In this document: in pieces, positions 1 through 12,164 of the stretch
Position numbering within the stretch: the first letter of the stretch is position 1
How the letters are laid out: every line of letters begins with the position of its first letter
NCBI GenBank assembly: GCA_031835245.2
Contig: JAVKOQ020000017.1
Span: 186,001 to 250,000 of the forward strand
Source of the DNA: Balamuthia mandrillaris
Taxonomy: Eukaryota
Direction of reading: 5' to 3'
Length of the DNA stretch: 64,000 bases
Notes under the pieces: generated by a model
What the model saw: only the letters and a program-made list of their open reading frames with translations
Told to the model about the DNA's origin: nothing
The model's database searches: none
Program-made: the position numbers and the translations under genes

Positions 1-15
1 TTTTGCTTCTTCGTT

Positions 16-2745
16 TTACTTTGTTGAGGATGATGACCTCTTCAACCCGCGTCGCCATAACCGAACAAGAGCTGTCCATATGATGGGCAACGCGCAGCGT
101 GGATAGAAGAACCAAACCTTGCTGCGACCGCCCATCATAGCGGTTGCCCATGCCCCAACGAAGCTGTCTCCTTGCCATTTGATGACTTCGGCACCTGCAT
201 CCAACAGAACTGGAAACCGCCGCAACAGGGCTAATATTATGTATGCTCTTTTGTCCGATGCAAAGAAAAAGAAAGATGAGTTGTTTGTTCAAACAAAAAG
301 AGGGGAGAAAGAGAGAGGGAAGCACAAAGGAAAAGTACAATGTAAACTCCCATCCAAACTCACGAGTCCAACGAGTGTGATACATTTTCATCCTACGTTC
401 GCTGGTGTTATTCTCGTTCAATGCTAATACCAAAGTCTCTGCAGCAATCTTAGCTGCTCTCATGCCAAAATGAACACCACCTACATAAATAATAATTAGT
501 ATTTTAAGCCTTGTTGTACTGTTGTGCTTTGTTTTACACGTTACCTCCAGTGAGCGGATCCACTTGACCAGCAGCATCTCCAATCACCAAAAAAGCTTCG
601 TCATAACTCTTCGGTATGCCACCAACTCGCATGGATGCAAACTGCAGATAACAAATTCCGCCAATAAAACTTAGCCAACTCAAGAAAGCCAATGGAGAAA
701 GACAAAGAGAGAAAGAGCGCTGATGCTTACTTTGCAGGGAGTGATGACCACGTTAGGACCAAGAGCTTTTGCGATGTGAGGATCGCTCTCCAGGAAACGT
801 TGATAGATGGCCTGTAACTTGGATGGTTTTGGATTCTGCCATGCTCCATCACAAGGAATAAAATAACAGCACAAGTTCAAAAAGTCTTCTAGTTCATGAA
901 AAACTGTTGCAAAAGGTATAGCAAGAAAAGGGGTAAGTTTGTGAGAAGTAAATCTGGAACAGCAGACAAGATGTGAATAAGCATATCATAAATATTACCA
1001 ACAAAGAAACCAGGAAGAAGACTTCGATTGTAGAATACCACATGATCAGCATCAGCTGGAAAAGAGTGTGTTCCAGCCTAAAGGCAAATAAGTGTAAGAG
1101 CTCTGCAACGGATAGAAAGATAGAAACTAAGAAACCTTAGCAAACGAACGACAACAGTAAGTATCGGGTGGGCTGGTAACAACGCCTAAACTGCGAGCGA
1201 TCAGTGAGTCAGCTCCATCCGCTGCTACCAGCGTTCGAGCATGAAAATGATCTGAATTCCAAAAGTATAAGAACTGAGGATAGAAAAAGCGAAAAGGAGA
1301 AAGAAGACAAACGATATTGGTCGTCTTGTTCTTGGTTGGCAACATTAATTCGCCACCGTTTATGCTTTGTGTCATACGCCACGCCCTATTTTAAACGTTT
1401 GCAGGTTAATGAGTAAATGCCCAAGAAGACAGAAAATAGCAATGGAAAAGCAAAAGCAGAACAAGAAACGACAAGACAGCAAGAAAGAAAGAGAAAGAAA
1501 GAACAAAAACAAGAAAGAGAAGATAAGCGTTACCGAGACTTCAACGCCATCCAACAAAGTGGCACCAGCACCTTCCGCAGCGAACGCTAGTCTCTCATCT
1601 AGAATGATCCGTTGCACCGACAACAGCCGCTCTCCTGTTGTTAGCTTTCCGATGAAGCTTTTGCCGCCTGGACTTACGAAACCTCCTGAACTTCCCTTTA
1701 TATATTGTAAGAAGAACAGTAAAAAGACTGAAAAATGAAGAAAAGAAGAAGAAGAAAAGGAAGGAGAAGAAGAAGAAGACGAAGACGAAGGAGAAGAAGA
1801 AGCACGCATAAGACTAAAAGAAGAAGAACAGGAACAAGAACAAGAAGAAAAATGAGAAGAGGAAGAACTAACCCATCTGCACTCCTTCTCAGCAATGAGC
1901 AAAGGCAAGACGGCCATATCCTCCAGGATGGCCTGGGCCATGGGCGTGATGACATCGCCGCAGACCTTGTCGTGTGGGTACCTCTTCCTCTCCAGCAGCA
2001 GCACCCGCTTCCCCGCTTTGGCCGCGTAATAGGCACAGGTGGAGCCCGCCGGTCCTCCGCCAACTATACAGACGTCATACAGCTCTTCTGCTTCTTCGCT
2101 TTCTTCTCTCTCTTCTTCTCTTTCTTTTTGTTGCAACAAGCGTTTCGTTTGGTTTCGGCGACGACGATGGCAGTAGGAGTGAAGGAAGTAGCAAGAGAGG
2201 AGGAAGAGAACGCCACCTCCGCTGCAGAGCACGAGCAGGAGGAGGAGCCGCTTGTTGGTGGTGGCTCGTTGGTAGCGGTTGAGAAAGAACCGTCGAAGCA
2301 AAGAACGTAGCGAAAACGTTGCGAAAGAAGAAGAAGGAAGAGAAGTTCTGGTGGCATGAATGGACAAAGAAGAAGAAGAAGAGGATGACGAGGGAAGGGG
2401 TGAAGGAAGAGAGAGTGAAGGAGCTGTTGTTGACTGAGCCATACGAAGAGGGGAAGAAGCAGAGGTCGGAGCAAGGGGCGAAGGAGGAGAAGGAGAAGGA
2501 GAAGAACGCCGAAACCATCGAGCGAACCATTGTGGTGTTTCTGATGAAGAAGCAGAAGAAGAGTGGCCGCTTCTTTGGAAGCGAGAAAAATGAGAGGAAG
2601 AACGAATAGCGGGTCGTTGCAAAGAACGGGCAGGGCTGTCCTTTTTGTTACGGTCGCTCAGCGTGGAGTTTCTTCTTCTTTGAGCGTATTGCGCGAGGCG
2701 AGCGGCCCGCGAGGGTGCCACGCGAGAGGAGGAAGGCCCCTCCAT
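16..2745 (-). CDS. Geranylgeranyl-reductase-family FAD-dependent oxidoreductase, multi-exon, with N-terminal Ser-rich region and TM segment
   Basis: YDVCIVGGGPAGSTCAYYAAKAGKRVLLLERKRYPHDKVCGD (FAD-binding GxGxxG plus KxCG), RIILDERL, LVAADGADSLIARSLG; GT-AG introns; last exon ends at TAA 16-18. Confidence 0.85.
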
Positions 2746-3453
2746 TCTTGGTCTCTCTCCTCTTCGATCTCTTCTTCTTTTATCAATCTGAAAGGGACCA
2801 ATCAGCATTCAAACAACAGCATTTGAATATTCGATCTAATCGTCTACAAAAATTAAAAATTGTAGACAAATAAGGACAAAACGCGGTCAATTAGTGCAGA
2901 ACCTCTTATAGCATTACTTCGTTTGAAGAAAAAGACGAAAAGGAGAAAGAAAAGGGAGAAGGGGTGTGATGTTTAGTCTCAAAGAACTGCACCATCTCAA
3001 AGCCACCAGCGACGGCGCCACTGAGCGCGTGTCCTCCGATGAAACCGGGCAGTTGGAGGCCACGGCAACCACAGGAATTTGCAGGGCCGTCCTTGAACTG
3101 GATAGCTCTGGAGGCCTTCCTGCCAAAGCCCACTTTGTCTTCCACAAAGAGAACGCTCCCTGGAGAGCGCTCGAAGGCCTCAGCATTGACTCTGTATGGG
3201 TTTCTATTTGTCCTTTTGATAAACTGTTGCTGAAATGCTGATTATGTTTTTCTGAAACAACAAAATAGAAAGCTATAGACAGAACCAATGAAGTCAAGGT
3301 GGAAATCAAGGAAGGGGTCCTGCACTTGACGTTTACACAGGCCGGCATTCAACAACACTTTAAAAACGGAGCCACCCTTCAACTCATAGAACATTATCTT
3401 TGAAAGGATTATACCATTTTTAAGGTTCAAATACAAAAAACAAAAAGCAAACG

Positions 3454-3545
3454 TGGGAGAGGCGGGAAAAAGTATCCTCTGCCATCCTTGAACCTCCTTC
3501 ATTACTATCTCTAACCCTCACAACCTGCCCATCCCTCCTCTCATC
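3454..3545 (-). pseudogene. Degenerate duplicate of the 3' end of the RasGEF-V4R gene (copy of ~4043-4135)
   Basis: cctctgccatccttgaacctcc...caacctgccca is shared with 4060-4135, with substitutions and a 1-nt indel. Confidence 0.65.
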
Positions 3546-4036
3546 CCATTCCATTCTTGAACGGGAACTGGTCCCTGTCATCACATACCGTATGGATCAC
3601 TAGAGCATTGAGTGGGTTACTGTTGCAAAAGACAACGTATTTGGGCATGGAAGTGAGAAGCTGGGAGGATTTCTTCCGGTTGACTCCTTCACAAGCTTCA
3701 TCCGGCTTTCCCTTTTGCACGGTTGGTGGGTGGGAGGACCCTGTCGCCCGATGAGCTGCCATGTTGCCAAAGCGGACATTTATGGGCGGCAACAAACGAC
3801 TGCAGAGGGGATGATTTCAAAACAATGGTGTCCATGGTGTGATGATGAAAACGACTTGGGAAGAAACCAAACTCATGGGAGACCCGCTTCATTACAACGG
3901 ATGACAAAAAAGAGGCAACATTCTTGCATGTTTGTGATATGTTGATACAAAAAAAATTCGAAAACAAAAACAAAATAAAAAGCAAAAAAAAAAAAAACAG
4001 GCAAAAGCATTCCCTTCTTCCTCAGGCAGCAGCAGG

Positions 4037-7000
4037 TTACTTGCGGAAGAGACGGGAGAAGTAGCCTCTGCCATCCTTGAACCTCCTCATCACGATCTCC
4101 AAACCCCGCAACCTGCCCACCTCCTCCTCTCTCCCCTTCTCCTTCAAGTACCTCATCACGTGAGCAAACATCAGCTCCGCCGGAGCCACCAGGAACTCGC
4201 ATGTCTCGTGTCCGCATGCCACGCAGCTCACCTCCACTGTTCCCAGTTGCACTGCAGATGATTCTTCCCCATCTTCTTTGCCTTTATCATGTTTAGGCTC
4301 CGAAGAGCAAGAATGAATGCATTCCTCCAGGAAGCTGTTGATGTAACCGCAGTTGAGGATGCATACCGGAGAGGATTGCACGTGTTGTTGTCGCAGTTGT
4401 TTCAACGTCTTGATGGTGCTGCTCTTGTCTTTGTCTTGTTGCGAACGTTGATCGTAGAATTGTTGAAGCGCTTTGTTCCATTGGTCCTTAACATAAACCG
4501 ATGCTTCGAAGCTATCTTTGACTGTGTACCTGTTTTATAAGGTTCTCAGCATAATCCATTAAAGGCAGAAACGGACTAAAGGAATACTTACCGAAGGAAA
4601 AAGTGTTTGAAGCGGTTCTTGGGATCATAGTTCAGCAGCGACAGGGAAGAAAGAATGTTGAGCTTGCCCCATCCCACATGACGAAGGATCTCTGGCAGGT
4701 TGAACACTTTTTGCAGGAATTGCTCTTCCTTTGACCTGCATTTAAGTTTATATTAAGTCCATTCGTTCTCTTCTGTTTTTCCAACAAAAAAAATGAGAAG
4801 AGGAAGAAAGGCAACGTACGTAGGCATGGAAGAAGGAACGATTTGTCCAGTGGCATGAGTGAAGAAAGCAAAGTCACTGATGGCAAAGCACTTTCCAAAG
4901 TCGTACAAAAAGTTGGTGGCAAACGAGCGAGCCACTGCTTCCTTGTCCTCCTTTTTTTCTCCTTCCGTTGTGCTAGACGGATGGTCGTCCTCCTCATCTC
5001 GTTGAGCCATTAAGGAAGAGACCACCTCATAAAACGTCGTTGACAATGTATCCGCCCTCAAGAATACGCACCTCTCTTCTCCTCCTCCTGAGGTCTCCAA
5101 AGCCACTTTGCCTTTGCCAGGGCTGCACACAAAATTACTGAAGAGTTTAGAGAAGGCCGCCGTACGATTTGCTTTGACCTGTTCTTGGAGAGCCAAGTCT
5201 TCTTTGGTGGTGGTGGAGATGAGCTCCGCATTGTCCAATTTGGACTCCAGCTTGCCTGGGAGTTTCTTCCTTCCTGTTACTTGGAACTTGATAGGCTTCT
5301 TGTTCTTGTCCTTCTCTTTTCCCTCTTTCTTGGTTGAAACTTTGGGAGAAGTGATGCTGGCCGCCGCTGCAGAAGCAGAGAGATCCGAGGCAAGAATGGC
5401 TTTGGTGGAGGAGATAAAGGCTTCCTTAGTGTCCATAAACTTGTACTGCACCACTTGATCGCTTCTGTCAGGCATTCCATTGCGTTTATAGTACTCTTTG
5501 ATTGCACTCTTCAAGCGTTGAGGGCGCGTGACTAAGAACACACAGTGAGAGTCTCCTTTTGCTTTGCAACACACTTCCACGCTGCTGTACTCCATACCAA
5601 AAGCAGCGGAGGTCCAGCCCGCAGCGAAGCCACAGACATTGTGACAGACCGAAGTGGCATTCACGGTTACACTGCTGCTACTGCCTCCTTTCTTATTGCC
5701 ACGAAGAATGTCGGGGTTCATTTTGGGAGGGTGTTGGCGGCTTTTTATCCAGGAGTCGGACTCGAAGCAAAAGGTGAGGGCTCCTTCGGAGTACATGTCG
5801 TTGGGGTTAATCTCTCTGTTAGTGCCGTCGTCCTTTTGGTTGACCTCCGAGTTGGATCTACCCGAATAGCTATTCAAGCACAGAAAAAAGTGGATAGCAT
5901 TAATAAACCAAATCAGGATAAAAGCGTAATCAACAGGATAGGAGCCATACACGAAGTGGATAACACCCATAGACCAAGCGTCTAAACCACTAGCCCCGGT
6001 GACTTTCATAGAAGCCTTACAATCGCCCATTCCACTCACATATCCAAAGTCATACAACAACTTGGCTGTCACTTCTTCCGTATAATCCTCAAATACGCTA
6101 TCGTCATGACCCGTTGTAACAGAGGAAGAAGCTGCGGCGGCGGCTCCTTCTCCACCGCCGCTACTGGAGGCAGTGAACCCAAAGCCAGTTAGCATGGCTT
6201 GTGTTTGTTGACGTTGAGAAGCCGTTTGGAGTTGTTTCTTTGGTATGCCAAAGAAGCCAAAGTTGTCACGAAGGCTAGTGAAAAAGTCAACAGAGATGGC
6301 TGTTGCTCGGACTAAGATCAATCGGTCTTTGTTGGCTTCTTCGGCAATGCGACTGTCGGGAAAGTTCCAGGTCTTCATGTCTATGGAAATGGTTCCTGTA
6401 TTTTAGTTTAGTTTGTTTTCTTGTTTGTTAGTATCTAGTTCGGACAACAAGAGTTTCAAAAGAAACGTAGCAAAAGAAAAGAATAGAAAAGCATACCATT
6501 TGCTACAGAATGAACGCAGTTCGCAAAGTATTGGTCCACGGTTTGCTCTGCTCTGTACAGAGAAGGCACCATTACGGGAGGCAGTCCTTTCAAGCAGCGG
6601 ACCACCATCTTCTCTTTCGCCAGAGCTTCTCCATCCAACACCAGTTTCTTTCTCTGTTTCTTGGGTCCTTTCTTCTTCTTCGCCAACATTTGTTTCTTGT
6701 CAGTGGTACCATTCTTTAGTGTGGATAGCTGTTGTTGTTTTCTGGTTTTGACGCCTTTGTCAGAGGAACCCTCATCATCGGAATAACCATCGAAGCTAGT
6801 CAGGTCTTCATGAGTTCCTTCTTGAGCATCGGCCATGGAGCCGTCCAATGGAGTGGAAGACGTGGCAGCTGGACTGTCACTCCATGAGTAGGAATCACTT
6901 GACTCCTCATCATCCTTGATTACGTCTCTGCGTTCAAAGAAAGAAATGCATAAATAACCAATCCTATCCCATAAGAACAACTCAAGAAAAATAACTTACT

Positions 7001-7421
7001 CAATGGCATCGTTGGTCCAAAGACTGGGTTGAGCTTTCAATGAGAGCATATACAATGCATCCTACAAGGTGTGCATGCATTAGTTTGAAGTTGTTCAAAG
7101 GAGGAAGAAGAGAAAGACTAAAAAGAACCTCATCATCGATATAATGCATATTGCAAAGAAAGGTTTGAGTGTCTTTATGGCGAGGCAAGTCATAGGGCTG
7201 ACTTTGGCATTCCCTCACGGCCTGTAGGCACTGGTAGAGCATGGTCATGTATTCAAAGTTGATCATGCCGTGGCGGTTGTACGGTTTGTTGCCATCGTGG
7301 ATGAATGTACAATCCCTCAGAAACAGCGCTAATAGCGTTATCATTGTTAGTGCTTTGTCAAAAGGAGAAAGAAGCAAATGCTATACACGAAAAAGCCATA
7401 ATACGAGAGGTAGCGAGGAAG

Positions 7422-7470
<49 letters not shown>

Positions 7471-8833
7471 AACAAACCGAAATAGGGAAGTTTAGGCAAA
7501 GGGCGCTTCTTGAACTCTTGGAAATAATTGCTGAAGTTCTGTTGGTTGGACAACATTTCTTCCATGCTTCTAAAACTTGTCATTTCTTTTTCTGGCAGGG
7601 CCTATGTTACACAGATATCTACTGTTACTAGTGCTCAAAATAAAAAGGACCAAGGGAGGGAAAAAAGAGAAGCACAGAAGCAGAACGAGAACGAGAGAAT
7701 ACAGACAAGGGAAGTTCAAAGAGAGAAGACGCAAGAGAAGGGAGAAGAGACGACAAGGAAAACGAACCGCCCAAGCATCTTTCAGTCTTCGAATGGTGCT
7801 GTTGTTGAGGGCTGACATGATGGTGAGCAACGAGTTGAAGTTGTTTAGTTGAAGGAAGCAGTAGGCCAATCGAATGAACTTCCTCAACACGATCATCTGC
7901 TCCTTCCTCCTCGTCATAAGGATCTCTGTCACCACCCAATAGCTCATCTGTATTGGACAAAGAGAAAGAGTTAAGAGAAAGAAAAAGAGCACGCAGACGA
8001 GAAGCAAAGGCCATGCAGCAAACCTCGTTGAAACGAGCAATGTAAGCAGTGATGTTGGGAGCCAAGGTCTGACGTTGCGAAGCATGCCACACATGGTGCA
8101 AGAACTCCCCACACTTGACCCGGCTGAACAGCTCAAAGTCCAACATGGTTATCTCTCTGGCCAACAGGTTGCTGCTCACCTCCAAAAAGTCACCTCCTGC
8201 GGCCGAGCTCGTTGTTCCTTTTCCCAACTGCGTGGCGAAGGAACATCTCTTCAAGCGTACTTTACAGGCGGAGTCGTCCTCGTCGTCCGCCAAGTCTTCT
8301 TTCGTCCCTTCCTTCGCTTCTTGTTTGTCGACAGATTGGAGACCTGGTTTGGCCTCCTTCTCTGGTCTTTGTTGTTTATTTGCAATCTGTGAAGCAGAAG
8401 CGGAAGAAGGGGCAATAAAAGAGGAAGAAGGGGACGAGGTGGAAGAGGAAGAAGTGTCCGGCGATGAAGTGGCTTTGAGGAACAAGAGTTTGAACTGGTT
8501 GAGCGCATCGGGGCGACGATCCTTCATGGCGTGAAGCAACATGTTGATGTTGGCTTTGCTGAAGTCTTCCGGGTGTAGCTGATACCAAAACTTGAGAAAC
8601 TCAAACATTCTATTTTTTTAAAAAAAAAACCAATATACAAAAGTTAAGTAAACAAGAAAGAAATGAAATAGGAATGAAATAAATGAATGTTGAAAAAAAA
8701 AAAGTGAAGAAAATAATACCTTTCGACGTTATACTTGCGGTTTCCTTGTTGTTCGTTGTTACAAGCCATCTCAAACGTTGAACAACCCAAAAAAAAAAGT
8801 TAAAGAAAAAAACAAGGCTTGGGTAACACAAAC

Positions 8834-8871
<38 letters not shown>

Positions 8872-9217
8872 CGAAAAGGTTAAAAAAGATATTGGTTGAC
8901 CCAAATCTGGAACAGGTCGGCATCCTCATGAAGAAAATGGTGGTACGAAAACAGGAACGCTTTCATGTTATCTGTTGTTTTTTTTTTGTTCAACAGATGA
9001 GACAACAACACACGATCGCGAAAAGAAAATATATTGTTAGTTACTCACACCTCTCTCTTTTGTAGCAACATCCACACAAAAAACAAAAAAAATGAAAGAA
9101 CAAAAAAAAAAACGGAAGGAAGGGGCTCGCGTTACCGTCATCTTTTGTGAAGACAATATTCTTGGCCAAACTCTCAAAGGCCTGTTTCTTCCCTATCATG
9201 AGCTCCGCTTCCGCCAT
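4037..9217 (-). CDS. RasGEF (REM + CDC25 domain) fused to two C-terminal XylR_N/V4R-like sensor domains
   Basis: CDC25 motifs LAREITMLDFELF, LQLNNFNSLLTIMSALN, PYF|ALFLRDCTFIHDGN, LYMLSLKAQP. V4R motifs VCHNVCGFAAGW...VEVCCKAKGDSHCVF and VCILNCGYINSF...VEVSCVACGHETCEF. Splice junctions between the GEF and V4R parts keep frame. Confidence 0.85.
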
Positions 9218-9968
9218 TTTTTTTTTTTTGGTTCTTGTTTCTCTCTCGTTTTTTGTTTGTTGGACAGATATCCGGGGGCGAGATACGAAGGAGAGAGTCC
9301 ACACACACGCTCACCAAGCACACACACACACAAAAATACAAGTTGGGTTGTGCCCGAGCTCCTCTCTCTGTCTCTCTCTGTTATTATTTTAAAAAAAAAA
9401 ACCAAAAATGTGGAAGCCGGAAAACCTGTCCCGCTTTTTCAAAAGGGGGTGCAGACCGACCGACCACAAACGGAACCGCCCATGCTAATTGACGCCCAAC
9501 ACGGCAGATGAATGCTGTTCGACGGTTGCGCAAAAACGGCCAAGGAAATCTGTTGACGGGGGGGGGGGCGATCTGCGCAAGGAAGGAAATAAAAGGTATG
9601 CGGAAATGTAACAACAACGAGATAGCGTTCCATCACTCCTTTTTTAATAAATTACGAGCCTTCGATCGCATTCATTTGTAGACATTTTTCGCAGAAGCGA
9701 TGGACTGTTGCATGGGAACCAAAGATTTAAGGGAGTTTACTTTTTTGCAGACATGTTAATGAATTAATTGGTTCCAATTTATTGCGGACATATGTCCGCA
9801 GAATACCGTGAAATGAAGTTGACGTGGCGTATACACGAGTTTGGTAAATTAACAGTTTGATTTTGCTAAAAAAAGGGTTCATGCAACCTAAAGCAAAGGT
9901 GACGGTTTACAAAAGAGAAACAATATACTTGCTGTGGGTGACAATAGTGTGTTCAGTCGGGACACAAG

Positions 9969-11922
9969 ATGCCCCCAACCACCCAGCTCCGGTTGGGTCT
10001 GGTCGTTTGGCTATGCCTTGTTGTTGTTGGTGGGTTGTGCTCCACCAGTTCTTCGAATGTGAACGCTAAAACGACATTCATCTTTTAAAGGGGTTGTGGA
10101 CGCGGAGGTCTTTGAGTTGAACATAGAAACGAAATTCAGGGATTGTGGAGGACCTCCGAGTAACCCTAAGGTCTATAAGCCCGCCAGGGATTTCCAGTGC
10201 AACTACGACAGCGGTAAAAACAGTGTATTTTGGGGAAATGACAAGGATGGCAAAAGTGGCGTACGGTTTACGCCTTCGTACGTTGGCCCCACTCTCCCCC
10301 GCCTCTCTCCTCGCTTCCTTCTCTCCTTCTTCCTTTCCAGTCTCTCTCTCTCTCTCTCCCTCTCTCTCTCACTGGTTCTTTTAAAAAACAATAGCACCGT
10401 AAGAGCCAAAAGTCAACACCAAGTTCTTCTTGGAGAACTCACCCACTTCAACAACGTGGTTCAGACCTCAGAACTGAGCAAAGATTGCCCCGGCTCAGTT
10501 TACCTGGAGCTCAATATCACAGGCAAAGTATATGACGACCGCAACACCCTTATCACCACCCTCCAGTTCTCTCCTCAGTTTCTGCTGCTTATCCACGAGA
10601 CTCCCAATGCTGCCTCCACGCTCTTCTTTAACAAGTGTAGGTACACCAACACCACCAACCCTACTTGGAAGAGAGGAGAACCATGCTGTCCTTATCCCAC
10701 CAAACAAAATGCTTGCTCCGATCTTCTCGTCTTCCAAGAGTCCTCCAAGGAAGACCAAGTCACCTTCCTGAGCCTCGGGGTGGAGTATCGTTTGCAGCTG
10801 TCCGGCTTCAGAACAGGGGAGGATGCAGAGAGTGGAGCCCCAGTGCAGAACTTCTACTCGGAGGAGGACCAGAACTCCTCCGCCAAGCTCGTTGGCCGGA
10901 TTGTGGCGCTCTGCGATGGGGCACCATGTGCCACGCTGGTGGGAGAGAGATTGACCAACCCGGCGGCCAACGTGTTGGTGGCTTTCGGCGTGTCGGAGGA
11001 AAACCCCGACAATGCCGTGCCTGACCACTCGGTGGTTCCCGTGGTTGTAAAGAAGAAGCAGCAGCAAGAGGACGCAAAGACGGAGATTGTGTTGAAGGAA
11101 GATAAGGCCACCACAGTGCAGTTCGTGGAGATGCGGGAGGTAGATCCGGAGGACAAGGTCGTGCGGACGTATTCCTTGTTGGAGCAGGCTTACCAACTGA
11201 GCAGCTATCCCTTGAACGACCCTCCCTCCGTCACTTTCCTGACCGCCCTGACTGCACCAACTGGTAACCCTGTTGCAAAGCCCACTCTCTCGTTCGACTT
11301 TAAGTTGTTTGCGGAGGAGGCCGTGCTCGACACCGATGTAGACAGCACTGCCAACAAAACATTTCAGGTGGATGCCAACACCTGCAAGTGGACATTCGTG
11401 GTGCAGCGTTGGCCCTTTGCCTCCGCTAACAACTTTTTGGAGCTGCGGTTGCGCGTGCTCAGCAAGGACCGAGGAGGCTTCCTCCAGGTCAACACCAGAC
11501 AACAGGAGACGGAGGATGAGGTGACCTTCCTCCTCAACACCAGGAACACGCTCGCCACGCTTTCTTTCCTTACCTATGGACTGAAGGAAGCATCAAAGAT
11601 AAGAACAGAGGCAGAGGTTAATTGGAGCAAAGAGGAAGTGGGAGAAGGAGAGGAAGAAGAGGGAGCACTTTCCTTTATCCTTCGCTTCAAGGCCTTCCAG
11701 ACCTCGCTTTTGTACGATCCGATGCTGTCGGTGGCGCTGGGCAAGACGGAGGAGGAGGACGGCGGAGAGGGCATGAAGGACCTGTACTGGCAGATCGCTG
11801 TTGGGCTTGTGGGAGGTATCTTTTTGTTGGTGGCGATGGTCGTGTTGGCCGTTTTCTTGTACCGAAAGCACCAGAGGGTAAAGTGGAGGAGGACCGAAAG
11901 CAACCTCACCGTCAACTTTTGA
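9969..11922 (+). CDS. Type I membrane protein: signal peptide, THxN (choice-of-anchor K-like) domain, ComC-supersandwich-like domain, TM helix
   Basis: Signal exon MPPTTQLRLGLVVWLCLVVV spliced to GVVDAEVF; LGELTHFNN...IHETPN; KWTFVVQRWPFASANNFLELRL...LLYDPMLSVAL; TM IAVGLVGGIFLLVAMVVLAVFLY followed by RKH. Confidence 0.7.
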
Positions 11923-12164
11923 GCCTATCGAAGAAGCAGAGCTCGAGCGTGTGCGTTACCAAGTTAAATAAAATAAAAACCGCATATTATTTATCCTGAG
12001 AATTGGGCTGGTTCACTCCTCCTGCAGCTCCTTCCCGCTTGTTGGACGTTCTTTACCGTTACCACACCTGCTGAGGAAGGTCAGCTGGAGCAACCAGTGC
12101 ACAATATCTGCACAAATGGTGGTCACCCAGTGTCGCAAAAGAAAAAAGTAAAAAGTAAGAAGAA

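Noticed and set aside
10495..11502. 335-aa minus ORF (and the 383-aa ORF at 29862-31013)
   Set aside because: Antisense to well-supported GC-rich genes; no motifs.
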